Below, piece after piece: positions 24,923-34,840 of a DNA stretch of 64,000 bases (position 1 is its first letter; every line of letters begins with the position of its first letter). The stretch spans positions 25,290 through 89,289 of the forward strand of contig JAAFIV010000019.1 of NCBI GenBank assembly GCA_013298775.1, read 5' to 3'. Position numbers and translations under genes: made by a program. The notes beneath the pieces are model-generated. The model did not search any database. It saw nothing but the letters and a program-made list of their open reading frames with translations, and had not been told where the DNA came from. Source of the stretch: Ignavibacteria bacterium (lineage in GTDB: Bacteria; Bacteroidota; Ignavibacteria; Kapaibacteriales; UBA4661).

Positions 24923-27634
24923 TTACCCCTTTTCCACCTGCGCCTTTAGCTCTGCAAGCAGCGTCAATGCTTGCATGGGCGTAAGTGCATTTACATCTAT
25001 AATGCGAATTTTTTCTCGAATTTTATCATCCCGAATTTCAAACAAGGAAAATTGTGGCTCTGCATGGTCATTGGTCATGGGTGCATTGGTTAATTGGTCA
25101 TTCGTCATGGGTATATTGATGTGCTTTTTGTCGCCTGACCAATGACTAATATCCAATGGCGAATGACCTTCTTCCCCTCGCTCCAATGCTTGCATGATGA
25201 CCTTTGCCCGCTCCGTAATTTCCTTCGGCAAGCCCGCCATTTCTGCCACGTGAATACCAAACGAGTGGTCGGCGGTGCCAGACATAATACGCCGTGTAAA
25301 AACAATCTTCCCGCTCAATTCTTGTACGTCCGCCTTGTAATTACGCGCTCTCTGGAGGCGTTCCACAATTGAGGTCATTTCGTGATAATGCGTCGCAAAG
25401 AGCGTCTTTGCTTGCGTGTGGTCGTGCAGATGCTCCGCAATCGCCCACGCAATAGAAATGCCGTCAAACGTCGCTGTGCCGCGCCCTACCTCGTCGAGCA
25501 GAATCAAACTCCGCTTCGTTGCATTATTCACAATGCTTGCCGCTTCTTGCATTTCCACTAGAAACGTACTCTCGCCCGCCACGATGTTGTCCTGCGCACC
25601 AACGCGGGTGAAAATTCTATCCACAAGTCCGATGATTGCTTGCTCGGCTGGCACAAATGCGCCAATGTGCGCCAGAAGGGTAATCAAGCCAATTTGCCGC
25701 AAATAGCTGGATTTACCAGACATATTCGGTCCCGTGAGGATGTGTAATTGCTCGGAATCAGTATTCATGCGAGTTGTATTCGGCACATATTTTTCGCCAA
25801 TCGCCAGAAGCCGCTCCACAACTGGGTGCCGACCGTTTACGATATGCAGTTCTTCAGTTTCTGTGAGCGTGGGGCAGGTGTAATCATATTCGCGGGCAGT
25901 TTGGGCGAAGGACTGGACGCAATCCAGCATGGCAACAAGCGCGGCGTTGTGTTGCGCATCTTCGGCGGCTTCGGCAATTTTCCCACGAAGTTCTGCAAAT
26001 AAGCTCCGTTCAAGGTCGCCGAGTTTTTCCTCTGCATTCAAGATTTTCGCTTCCATTTCCTTCAGTTCGGGCGTGGTGAAGCGTTCGCCATTGGTGAGTG
26101 TTTGCTTGCGTTGATAGCTGTCAGGAGCCTTGTTTTTATGCGTGTTGGAGAGTTCGATGTAATAGCCGAAAACGTTGTTAAATCCCACCTTCAAGGATGG
26201 AATTCCTGTTGCTTGACGCTCGCGCTCTTGGTATTCGGCAATCCAGTTTTTGCCAGAATACATTGCGTTCAGCACGTCATCTAGTTCCGCCGAATAGCCC
26301 TCGCGGAACACGCCGCCGCCGCCCACGTTTGCAGGTGGCTCGCTCGTAAGGGCGCGGTCAATGAGTTCGACAATGTTTCGTACATCCCGCATGGATGCTT
26401 GCACATTGGCAAGTGTATCTGAGGAAGAATTTTTCTGAATATCCTGCAAAAGCTCATGGATTCTAGGTAAGCGAGCAAAGGTGGACTTCAGCGCGGTCAA
26501 GTCGCGTGGATTGGCGCGTCCTGTGGAAATTTTCGACATCAGGCGTTCAATATCGCCCATTTGTCCAAGTTCTGTCCTCAGTGCCGCACGAATACTATCG
26601 TTCTGAAAAAATGCCTGCACTGCGCTTTGGCGTTGCTGAATTGGCTTCAAGCGACTAAGCGGACGGGTAATCCATTTCTTGAAGAGCCTCGCTCCCATCG
26701 GCGTTTCGGTCTTGTCCAAAATGCTGATAAGTGTACCTTCGCGCGAAGCATCATGCATGGAAAAAGTGATTTCGAGGTTGCGTTTGGTCGCAAAATCCAA
26801 CGTCATATATTCGCTGGGATTGAACGCAGAAATTTTGCGCAAGTGCGGCAGCTGCCCTTTTTGCGCCTCACCAACGTAATGCAACGCCGCACCAGCAGCA
26901 GCCACACCCGCCGTCATTTCCTCAATCCCAAAGCCTTTCAAATTCTGCGTTTTGAAGTGCCGAAGCAAAGTTTCGCGCCCAAACTGCTCGGAAAAAATCC
27001 AATCTTCCATACGCGTCAGCGTTGGCGTGTTGTTTGGCGGAAAGACTTTGCGAATATGCGCCGTTGCCTCTTCGGTGTGCGCTTTGGAAACAAGTATTTC
27101 TGCGGGTTGTAGCGTTTCTAATACATCACCAAGCTGTTCTTCAAACACTTCGGTCGTGAAAAACTCACCTGTGGAAATGTCCACACAGCTTATACCCAGC
27201 ATCGTTACTGGCTTGCCGCCCTGTTTTTGTTGTAAAAAGGCAAGTGCAGCGAGGTAGTTGTTTTTCTTTGTATCAAGCAGTTTTTCATTGAACGCCACGC
27301 CTGGCGTAACGACTTCCACCACATCGCGGCGCACGATTCCGCGCGCTTGCTTGGGGTCTTCGAGCTGCTCACACACCGCCACGCGATAGCCCGCCCGCAC
27401 AAGTTTCGGCAAATAATTATCCAACTGATGATGCGGAAAACCTGCAAGCGGAGTTTCGTCCGCGCCGCCATTGTTGCGCTTGGTGAGCGTAATACCGCAC
27501 ACTTTCGCGGTTAGAACGGCATCGTCCTCGAAGGTTTCAAAAAAATCGCCCAAACGAAAAAGCAAAACGGTATCGGGATAGCGTTTTTTTATTTGCGAAT
27601 ATTGCCGCATGAGCGGTGTCTGCTTGTCTGCCAT
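24923..27634 (-). CDS. mutS: DNA mismatch repair protein MutS
   Basis: TPLMRQY, FRLGDFFETF, TGPNMSGKS, GESTFLVEM, LDEVGRGT, FATHYHE, C-terminal QFSLF. Confidence 0.98.
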   Translation of the reverse strand: MADKQTPLMRQYSQIKKRYPDTVLLFRLGDFFETFEDDAVLTAKVCGITLTKRNNGGADETPLAGFPHHQLDNYLPKLVRAGYRVAVCEQLEDPKQARGIVRRDVVEVVTPGVAFNEKLLDTKKNNYLAALAFLQQKQGGKPVTMLGISCVDISTGEFFTTEVFEEQLGDVLETLQPAEILVSKAHTEEATAHIRKVFPPNNTPTLTRMEDWIFSEQFGRETLLRHFKTQNLKGFGIEEMTAGVAAAGAALHYVGEAQKGQLPHLRKISAFNPSEYMTLDFATKRNLEITFSMHDASREGTLISILDKTETPMGARLFKKWITRPLSRLKPIQQRQSAVQAFFQNDSIRAALRTELGQMGDIERLMSKISTGRANPRDLTALKSTFARLPRIHELLQDIQKNSSSDTLANVQASMRDVRNIVELIDRALTSEPPANVGGGGVFREGYSAELDDVLNAMYSGKNWIAEYQERERQATGIPSLKVGFNNVFGYYIELSNTHKNKAPDSYQRKQTLTNGERFTTPELKEMEAKILNAEEKLGDLERSLFAELRGKIAEAAEDAQHNAALVAMLDCVQSFAQTAREYDYTCPTLTETEELHIVNGRHPVVERLLAIGEKYVPNTTRMNTDSEQLHILTGPNMSGKSSYLRQIGLITLLAHIGAFVPAEQAIIGLVDRIFTRVGAQDNIVAGESTFLVEMQEAASIVNNATKRSLILLDEVGRGTATFDGISIAWAIAEHLHDHTQAKTLFATHYHEMTSIVERLQRARNYKADVQELSGKIVFTRRIMSGTADHSFGIHVAEMAGLPKEITERAKVIMQALERGEEGHSPLDISHWSGDKKHINIPMTNDQLTNAPMTNDHAEPQFSLFEIRDDKIREKIRIIDVNALTPMQALTLLAELKAQVEKG
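25065..25168. repeat. Inverted arrays of 7-bp repeats (GTCATTG / CAATGAC) in frame inside mutS
   Basis: tggtcattggtcatggg...ggtcattcgtcatggg versus tgaccaatgactaat...gaatgacc. Confidence 0.8.
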
Positions 27635-27680
27635 GAGATTTGATTGCTTTTCAATGTTAGTTATTCGGCAATTGGAATTG

Positions 27681-28241
27681 TTATGATTCCAGCATTTTCC
27701 ACGCCCGCACCGCTTCAAAAAGCGCAATACCGCCCGCCACACCAACATTCAGCGAGTGCTTTACGCCATACATGGGAATATCCACCGCGCCAGAGCAAAG
27801 TTCCAAAACATCATCATCCACGCCCGTAATTTCATTGCCCAATACCAAACAAAGCGGGTAATCTTTACGCTTCAAGGAATACACCGAGCGGCTTTCCGTC
27901 GTCATTTCCAGTGCCATCACGTTCAAGCCTTCGGCGCGGAGGCGAGGAATGAGGAGCTTTGCATCGGGGCTATATTCCCAAGGAACCGTATCAACTGCTC
28001 CCAAAGCCGTTTTTTCAATTTCCTTACGCGGCGGGTACGGCGTATAGCCGCACAAATACAGCTTTGTGATGAATCCTGCATCGCCCGTGCGAAAGAGCGA
28101 ACCGACATTGTACAAACTCCGAATGTTATACAACAAAAGCGAGACGGGATGCCGCGTTTCGGCGTGAATGCCTTCCAGCGAGCGGCGTTGCTGAAGAAGT
28201 TCGTCGTGGCGGAGTTTGCGGTGATTTTGTGGTAAGGACAT
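27681..28241 (-). CDS. TrmH/SpoU family RNA methyltransferase
   Basis: NIRSLYNVGSLFRT, LVLGNEITGV, IPMYGVKHSLNV. Confidence 0.92.
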   Translation of the reverse strand: MSLPQNHRKLRHDELLQQRRSLEGIHAETRHPVSLLLYNIRSLYNVGSLFRTGDAGFITKLYLCGYTPYPPRKEIEKTALGAVDTVPWEYSPDAKLLIPRLRAEGLNVMALEMTTESRSVYSLKRKDYPLCLVLGNEITGVDDDVLELCSGAVDIPMYGVKHSLNVGVAGGIALFEAVRAWKMLES

Positions 28242-28309
28242 AACGGCGGGAGCAAAATCAAAGGAGGGAGAATTTCACAGAAGCGAGCAAATACGCGCTT
28301 TTTAGAGAT

Positions 28310-28951
28310 TTATTTTTTCGATACCGATTTCCCTAAGCGCAAGAGCTTAGAACTGAAGCGGAGTTTAGAAAAGGGAATTTCTTCGGCGTTATATTCAAAG
28401 CGGACTTTGGCACTTTCTACATAAAAATTTATCAAACCGCCTTTATCAAGAAAAGCATCGTCGCGCCCAATCGTGAGAATAGGTTTGTTGCGGGTTTTGG
28501 CAAGCAATTGTGTTGTACGAATTGTTTCGCCTGGTGCAATGAACACTGCATTGCAACGGAGCGCGTCGTCCACACTTGCCAAGCGGCGTAATTCCACATT
28601 CCTACCTTCGCCGAGCTGCTTCTGACGCACGGTTTCTTGCAAATAATTTTCCACGCGCGTTGTTCCCAAAACACCAATAACAAAGGTTTCTTGCGGGTTT
28701 GCGGGCGTGGGAAACTCAATAAATTGTAAAAATTGCCAAATGTATAAGGCTTGCAGCTTTTCTTCTTCGGCAGTGATTTGCTGTGTTTCCGACGATGGTT
28801 TTGTGCCTCCCGCCGTCGGCTTCAATGCCGCATATATACTGCTCTGCATGAATATAGCAAATGCAAAAAACACCACCACCACACCACACAACGCCGCTTT
28901 TATGCGGGCTGTGGGCGATATTACGGGGAGATATTTTGCTGCTGTTTTCAC
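28310..28951 (-). CDS. YfiR (DUF4154) family periplasmic protein
   Basis: EEKLQALYIWQFLQFIEFP, CNAVFI, PILTIG, GGLINF, LRFSSKLLRL. Confidence 0.82.
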   Translation of the reverse strand: MKTAAKYLPVISPTARIKAALCGVVVVFFAFAIFMQSSIYAALKPTAGGTKPSSETQQITAEEEKLQALYIWQFLQFIEFPTPANPQETFVIGVLGTTRVENYLQETVRQKQLGEGRNVELRRLASVDDALRCNAVFIAPGETIRTTQLLAKTRNKPILTIGRDDAFLDKGGLINFYVESAKVRFEYNAEEIPFSKLRFSSKLLRLGKSVSKK

Positions 28952-31900
28952 GCTTTGCTTTTCGTTATCTTTTCTTTTGTTGGCTTTGCTTTTGCTTTTG
29001 CAGTTTTTTTCTTCGGACTTGCCGTTTTTGATTCGCTTTCAGCATTTTCAGCATCAATCGCTGTTCCATTTTTTTTCGCTGAAGCCGTTTTCGCTGATTT
29101 TTCCGATGAAGATTTCGTTACATCCCGCGAAACCGCCGTCGTTACGCCATTTGCACGTAAGCGAGCATCCCGCTCAAACTCTTCGGTGAGATACTTCCCC
29201 GTGTACGATTCTGGGACAGCCGCAACTGTTTCTGGCGTACCTTCAGCAATGATGCGTCCGCCCAGCTTTCCGCCCTGCGGACCAACATCCACCACCCAAT
29301 CGGCAGTTTTTATCACATCCAAGTTGTGTTCAATTACCACAACCGTATTTTTCTTTTCGACCAATTTATGCAACAATTCCATCAAAATCCGCACATCCTC
29401 GAAATGCAAGCCCGTTGTGGGTTCGTCCAAGATGTAGAGCGTCTTTCCGGTGCTGACGCGGGCGAGTTCGGTTGCCAATTTCACGCGCTGCGCCTCGCCG
29501 CCAGAGAGCGTCGTAGCGGACTGTCCCAATGTGATGTAGCCGAGACCGACTTCGTTTAATGTTTCAATTTTACGGTAAATTTTTGGAATATCCTTGAAGA
29601 AAGAAACCGCTTCTTCCACCGTCATTGCCAGCACGTCGGCGATAGATTTTCCCTTGTATTTCACCTGCAAGGTCTCGGCGTTATAGCGTTTTCCGTTGCA
29701 CACATCGCAGGGAACATAGACATCGGGCAAAAAATTCATTTCAATTTTCTTCATACCATCGCCCTCACACGCATCGCAGCGACCGCCACCCTTGCCGCCT
29801 TCGACATTAAAAGAAAAACGTCCGGGCTTGTAGCCACGAATGTTCGATTCGGGCAACTGCGCAAAAAGGTCGCGCACGAGCGTAAACAAACCCGTGTACG
29901 TGGCAGCATTGGAGCGGGGTGTACGCCCAATCGGTGATTGGTCAATATCAATCACTTTATCAATATGCTCCAAACCCGTGATAGAATCGTACTCCAACGG
30001 CACAATCACGGTTTCGGTGAAATGACGCGCTAAAATGGGAAACAGCGTATCATAGACAAGCGTTGATTTCCCGCTTCCGCTCATGCCCGTAATGCACGTA
30101 AAGGTTTCAAGCGGGATGCGGAGTGCGACGTTTTGTAAATTATTTCCCTTCGCGCCTTCTAGCACGATTTCCTTGCCGCTCCCAGCGCGGCGTTCTTCGG
30201 GCGTTGCGTAGGGAATAATTTGCCGTCCCGCGAGATAATCCGCCGTTGTCGAGCCTTCGAGTTTCGTGAGTTCGTCGGGTGTTCCAGCAAACATCATTTC
30301 GCCGCCGTGAACGCCAGCGCGAGGTCCGAGGTCAATCACGTAGTCTGCTTCTTCAATCATTTCGCGGTCATGCTCGACCACAATCACCGTGTTTCCTAAG
30401 TCGCGGAGCTTTTTCAGCGAGCCAATCAATTTACGATTATCGTGCTGATGCAGACCAATACTGGGTTCGTCCAACACGTACATCACGCCCGTCAGCTGCG
30501 AGCCAATCTGCGACGCAAGACGAATACGTTGCCCCTCGCCGCCAGAAAGTGTGCGGGCTGCACGGGAAATGGTCAGATATTGCAACCCAACTTCTTCCAA
30601 AAACGACAAACGCGAGGTAATTTCTTTCAAAATAAGTCGCGCAATGACTTCCTCGCGTTCCGAGAGCGTCAGTGCTGAAAAGTGCGCCCAGGCTTCGCTC
30701 ACGGACATCTTGCTAATATCGGTAACCGTCATTCCGCCCACGCGCACGTTCAGGCTTTCTGCCTTCAACCGCCCGCCACTACACGTCGGACACGGTACGG
30801 ACGACATATATTGCTCGATGTTGCCACGAATCGCGCTCGAATTGGTCTTGTCGTATTGGTCTTTCAAAAAGGCGAGAATGCCGTCGAAGCGTTGTTTGTA
30901 GGTGCTTGTGCGCCCGTTGGAGAACGTATGCTTTATCGAAAAAATTTCCTTGCCCGCGCCGTTGAGCAAAATATTCCACTCGTCTTCGGTGAGCTTAGAA
31001 ACGGGCTTGGTGGTTTTGATATTGAAATGTTTTGCCACTTCCTCCACTTGCCGCCAAAGCCACGTATCGCGCTTCTTTCCGAGCGGCGCAATACCACCTT
31101 CGTCCATCGAAAGGTGTTTTTCAGGGCTAAAAAGCGCGGTGTTGAAATCTCGAATTTCACCCAATCCCTCGCACGACGGACACGCACCAAAGGGCGAATT
31201 AAACGAAAACGCATTTGGCGCAAGCGGCTCGTAGGAACGCTGGCACATGGGGCAAGCGTTGGCTTGGCTGAAAAACATCTCTTTGCGCTCTGGCAGCCCA
31301 ATCACGCCCGTTTTGCCGCCTTCTTCCTTTGCTTGCTCCTCCACAAGTACCGTCATTACGCCTTCGCCCATTTTCATGGCGAGTGTGGAAGAATCCCGCA
31401 AACGCTGTTCCTGTGTGGGGTCTGGAGCGAGACGGTCTATCACAACTTCAATCGTGTGAATTTGATAGCGCGAAAGCTGCATTCCGTCAGTGATTTCTTG
31501 CAAACGCCCATCCACGCGAACCCGCGTGTAGCCTTGCCGGCGGAGCTGCTCAAACTGCTCGCGGTAATGCCCTTTGCGCCCGCGCACAATCGGCGCGAGA
31601 ATGTACAATTTTGCACCCGCGCCGAGCGCGAGAATGCTGGCAATAATTTGGTCGAAACTCTGCTTTTTTACAGGAATATCGGGATGCTCCACGCAATGCT
31701 GCACGCCAATTTTCGAGTACAGAAGCCGGATATAATCATACACTTCCGTCACCGTGCCGACGGTCGAGCGCGGATTCGAGCCGACCGTTTTTTGTTCAAT
31801 CGAAATCGCGGGCGACAAGCCTTCAATGGATTCTACATCGGGCTTTTCCATTGCGCCCAAAAACTGCCGTGCGTAGGGCGAAAGCGATTCCACGTAGCGG

Positions 31901-32112
31901 CGTTGCCCTTCGGCGTAGATGGTATCGAAAGCGAGCGAAGATTTCCCCGAACCCGACAAACCCGTCATCACGACAAGCTGTTCGCGGGGAATATCCACCG
32001 AAACATTTTTCAAATTATGCTCTTTCGCGCCGCGCACAATGACGTGCGTGTATTCGCCAAATTCGTTCAATCCGTCGTGGTTGCTGGTGTTATGCTGAGA
32101 TTCTGTTGTCAT
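28948..32112 (-). CDS. uvrA: Excinuclease ABC subunit A
   Basis: [36 protein letters not shown], two LSGGE signatures, Zn-finger CxxC pairs. Confidence 0.98.
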   Translation of the reverse strand: MTTESQHNTSNHDGLNEFGEYTHVIVRGAKEHNLKNVSVDIPREQLVVMTGLSGSGKSSLAFDTIYAEGQRRYVESLSPYARQFLGAMEKPDVESIEGLSPAISIEQKTVGSNPRSTVGTVTEVYDYIRLLYSKIGVQHCVEHPDIPVKKQSFDQIIASILALGAGAKLYILAPIVRGRKGHYREQFEQLRRQGYTRVRVDGRLQEITDGMQLSRYQIHTIEVVIDRLAPDPTQEQRLRDSSTLAMKMGEGVMTVLVEEQAKEEGGKTGVIGLPERKEMFFSQANACPMCQRSYEPLAPNAFSFNSPFGACPSCEGLGEIRDFNTALFSPEKHLSMDEGGIAPLGKKRDTWLWRQVEEVAKHFNIKTTKPVSKLTEDEWNILLNGAGKEIFSIKHTFSNGRTSTYKQRFDGILAFLKDQYDKTNSSAIRGNIEQYMSSVPCPTCSGGRLKAESLNVRVGGMTVTDISKMSVSEAWAHFSALTLSEREEVIARLILKEITSRLSFLEEVGLQYLTISRAARTLSGGEGQRIRLASQIGSQLTGVMYVLDEPSIGLHQHDNRKLIGSLKKLRDLGNTVIVVEHDREMIEEADYVIDLGPRAGVHGGEMMFAGTPDELTKLEGSTTADYLAGRQIIPYATPEERRAGSGKEIVLEGAKGNNLQNVALRIPLETFTCITGMSGSGKSTLVYDTLFPILARHFTETVIVPLEYDSITGLEHIDKVIDIDQSPIGRTPRSNAATYTGLFTLVRDLFAQLPESNIRGYKPGRFSFNVEGGKGGGRCDACEGDGMKKIEMNFLPDVYVPCDVCNGKRYNAETLQVKYKGKSIADVLAMTVEEAVSFFKDIPKIYRKIETLNEVGLGYITLGQSATTLSGGEAQRVKLATELARVSTGKTLYILDEPTTGLHFEDVRILMELLHKLVEKKNTVVVIEHNLDVIKTADWVVDVGPQGGKLGGRIIAEGTPETVAAVPESYTGKYLTEEFERDARLRANGVTTAVSRDVTKSSSEKSAKTASAKKNGTAIDAENAESESKTASPKKKTAKAKAKPTKEKITKSKA

Positions 32113-32164
32113 GGTGTGGAACGTGGTGGAGAGGAGAGAGTTGCGAAATGAATTGCGGCTCTCA

Positions 32165-32304
32165 GTACACGACAAAATTCTTTCAATAGTGGCACAGACA
32201 TTCCTGTCTGTGAGTGTTAGTGCGAGGTTCAGGGGGCAACACAGACAAGAAGTCTCAAGCCACTGAAGCTGATTTATCTGTTGTTCAGAAATTTTGCTAT
32301 GTAC
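32165..32304. mobile_element. 140-bp element: family A REP doublet (32189-32263) inside an outer inverted repeat
   Basis: Outer GTACACGACAAAATT / AATTTTGCTATGTAC. Confidence 0.75.
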
Positions 32305-32493
32305 GAAGATGACGGATAATGGGAACAAACCTCGCACATTTGCGTAAATGCTCAAGGTATCGTATTTTAAATGCTGACAAATCCTCGTAATATACGCGGA
32401 TAACGAAGATTACACAAAAAAATCTCTCCATTTTCGCTCTTCCCGTTTTACGCTTTCATAAAGCGTAGAACGGGTTTCACGGTAAAAAATCAT

Positions 32494-33246
32494 ATGCGCC
32501 AATTCTTCGCCTCCTTCTGGTTCAAGCTCACAGGAAAATATCCTGCAAGCAGCATGAAATCTAGTCTTCCCGAACAATCGCCCAAAAGCCGCTCTGGAAG
32601 CGGCAGCGCAGGGTTGCATCGTGGCGGAAAACTTGGAGGAATTGAACTTCGTAGCTTGGGAATTGACACAAAAATCAGCGACCTCGACGAGCGCGAACTG
32701 CACCCACACGCATTCCAAGCACGCCCAAAAAGCACCGACGACGACGAACCAAAACACCCGCTTAACCGCAAAGATGCTGACGTTATCGCCAATAAAAACA
32801 CTGACGACATTGATAAACTCGTTGATGACACGCTCGAACACTCCCGTTTTTATGACGACGATGACGATACGAATAGCTCAAAAGGCTCACCACAGCTTAC
32901 GTACAGCCCTGTGCCAGAAATTACGGTTGGTTCAATTTTGCTCTGGGGCTTGATTAAAACTGCCGTTCTTGTCGCGCTAACGTGGTTCGTGGTGGAACGG
33001 TATCGCTTGTATGAGTATTGGTATGCGGGCTTAGGCGTGTTCTGGCTTTTGGTGGCATATCCCGCGTATTTGCAGTACCAACGCTTCAAGGCGCAAACCG
33101 AACATTTAGAGAAAAATTCACTCTGTGCCACCTGCCGCTACTTCGATGCAACAGGACATTTTTGCCGCATCATGGATGAACACGTAAGCGAAAGCTATAT
33201 CCCGTGCGAAGGCTTGCGCTGGGAAGGGAAAGCAGACTCTCCGTGA
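32494..33246 (+). CDS. Hypothetical membrane protein with acidic N-region, two TMs and C-terminal Cys cluster
   Basis: CATCRYF...FC...IPCEG after two hydrophobic helices. Confidence 0.7.
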   Translation: MRQFFASFWFKLTGKYPASSMKSSLPEQSPKSRSGSGSAGLHRGGKLGGIELRSLGIDTKISDLDERELHPHAFQARPKSTDDDEPKHPLNRKDADVIANKNTDDIDKLVDDTLEHSRFYDDDDDTNSSKGSPQLTYSPVPEITVGSILLWGLIKTAVLVALTWFVVERYRLYEYWYAGLGVFWLLVAYPAYLQYQRFKAQTEHLEKNSLCATCRYFDATGHFCRIMDEHVSESYIPCEGLRWEGKADSP

Positions 33247-33255
33247 GGGTCTTTC

Positions 33256-33364
33256 GTGAGGGTCTCGCTTCTTGGGCGAGGCTCTCACTTTCATGCACTG
33301 TACTCCAGAAGCCGCTTCCACTCTCGCTCAACGTGAGACCCTCGCCAAGAAGCGAGGGACTCAC
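33256..33364. repeat. Family B REP-like doublet (B3)
   Basis: GTGAGGGTCTCGC-ttcttgg-GCGAGGCTCTCAC ... GTGAGACCCTCGC-caagaa-GCGAGGGACTCAC. Confidence 0.85.
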
Positions 33365-33412
33365 ACAAAGCAATAGAGCCATTCCGTCCCACCACACAAG
33401 GAAATATGCCCT

Positions 33413-34660
33413 TTGTCAGCCTTAGAACCCTCCATTTCACCCGCTCCGCCTGAACCTACCTCCGCGCCGCGCCAACCCGTGCTTTGGCGGCAAAACATGA
33501 ACGTGTTGTGGATTGCATCGTTTATTGCAATGATTGGCATGAATGCCTGTTTGCCATTCTTACCGCTCTACGTGCGGGCGTTGGGCGTTACGGACTTCGC
33601 CGAGGCGCAACGCTGGACGGGTTTGGTGTATGCTGGCGCGTTTATGCTGTCTATTTTTACCGTGCCGATTTGGGGCGCACTCGGCGACAAATACGGCAAA
33701 AAGCTGATGATTGTTCGCGCAATTTTCGGTCTCACGCTCGCCATGTTTCTCATGGGATTTGCGCAAAACGTCTGGCAGCTTTTTTTCTTACGCATCTTTC
33801 AAGGTGGCGTAAGCGGCTTCATTGCTTCGTCGCTGTCGCTGGTCAGTTCCACAACGCCAAAGCACAAACGCGGCTATGCGATGAATCTTATGCAAACCTC
33901 CATTTCCGCCGGAACGGTCATCGGACCGCTTATTGGCGGGGTTTTAACGGATATGTTTGGTGTGCGAAGTTTGTTTTATGTAGTGTCGAGTTTGTGTTTT
34001 GTGAGCGGCATCGTGGTTGTGCTGTACGTGCGCGAACACCGCACCGAACTTGACGCGCAGCAGGAAACGCCCAGTGTGATTGACAATCTCCGCTTTGCTT
34101 GGAACACACCACTCATGCGCTTGGTGCTAGTAGCGATTGTGCTAGTACAAGCAGGAATCAACTTCACCCCCTCCATTATGGCGTATTTCCTTGAAATAAA
34201 GGGTGCGCCGCCGCGAATGCTGGCAACAATTACAGGCGCAGTTGTGGGCATTGTTGGTGTGCTGACGGTACTCTTTGCGCCACGTTGGGGCAGACTGAGC
34301 GACAAACACGGCTTCGCGTGGACGCTCTTCCGAATGCTCCCTTGGATGGGCTTGTTTACCATACTACAAGGCTTCATCCCGCACTACGAGTGGATTTTCC
34401 CCTTGCGCATTGCCATTGGCGTGTGTAGCGGTGCGCTTATCCCGACGCTGTTCACGGCTCTCAGCAAAAATGCGCCACAAGAGCGCAATGGCGGCATGAT
34501 TGGGCTTGCTTCCAGCGCAACACTTGTTGGTGGCTTGGTCGCGCCGATTTTATGCGGTGTTGTGGCTTCCAGCGTTGGAATGACATGGTGTTTTGTGCTG
34601 TCGGGTGTGCTGTTTTGGGGCGTGTTTGGGCTGTTATGGCAATCAGCAAAAAAGAAGTAA
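33413..34660 (+). CDS. MFS transporter (DHA1/MdtG-like)
   Basis: WGALGDKYGKKLMIVR, WGRLSDKHG, about 12 TMs. Confidence 0.9.
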   Translation: MSALEPSISPAPPEPTSAPRQPVLWRQNMNVLWIASFIAMIGMNACLPFLPLYVRALGVTDFAEAQRWTGLVYAGAFMLSIFTVPIWGALGDKYGKKLMIVRAIFGLTLAMFLMGFAQNVWQLFFLRIFQGGVSGFIASSLSLVSSTTPKHKRGYAMNLMQTSISAGTVIGPLIGGVLTDMFGVRSLFYVVSSLCFVSGIVVVLYVREHRTELDAQQETPSVIDNLRFAWNTPLMRLVLVAIVLVQAGINFTPSIMAYFLEIKGAPPRMLATITGAVVGIVGVLTVLFAPRWGRLSDKHGFAWTLFRMLPWMGLFTILQGFIPHYEWIFPLRIAIGVCSGALIPTLFTALSKNAPQERNGGMIGLASSATLVGGLVAPILCGVVASSVGMTWCFVLSGVLFWGVFGLLWQSAKKK

Positions 34661-34702
34661 TTACCATAAAAACCTTTACAAGGCTTATGGAATTAGGCTT
34701 CG

Positions 34703-34778
34703 GTGGCACAGACATTCCTGTCTGTGTTTGTCGCTTGAAACTCGCGCCAACACTCACAGACAAGAATGTCTGTGCCAC
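34703..34778. repeat. Family A REP doublet (A4)
   Basis: 24-28-24 architecture; degenerate outer IR ending ttttttgcatggtac. Confidence 0.9.
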
Positions 34779-34840
34779 TACTGAAGATTTTTTTGCATGG
34801 TACTGAAAAAAATACTTAAAAACTTCACCTTTCCTTTCTC

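Noticed and set aside
30682-32151. 489-aa plus-strand ORF and other long antisense ORFs (20389-21261, 53656-54714, 54715-55584)
   Set aside because: Shadow frames opposite well-conserved genes, with no motifs.
32113-32490. LexA/SOS box upstream of uvrA
   Set aside because: The GTAC-containing inverted motifs belong to the family A shell, which also occurs next to non-repair genes.
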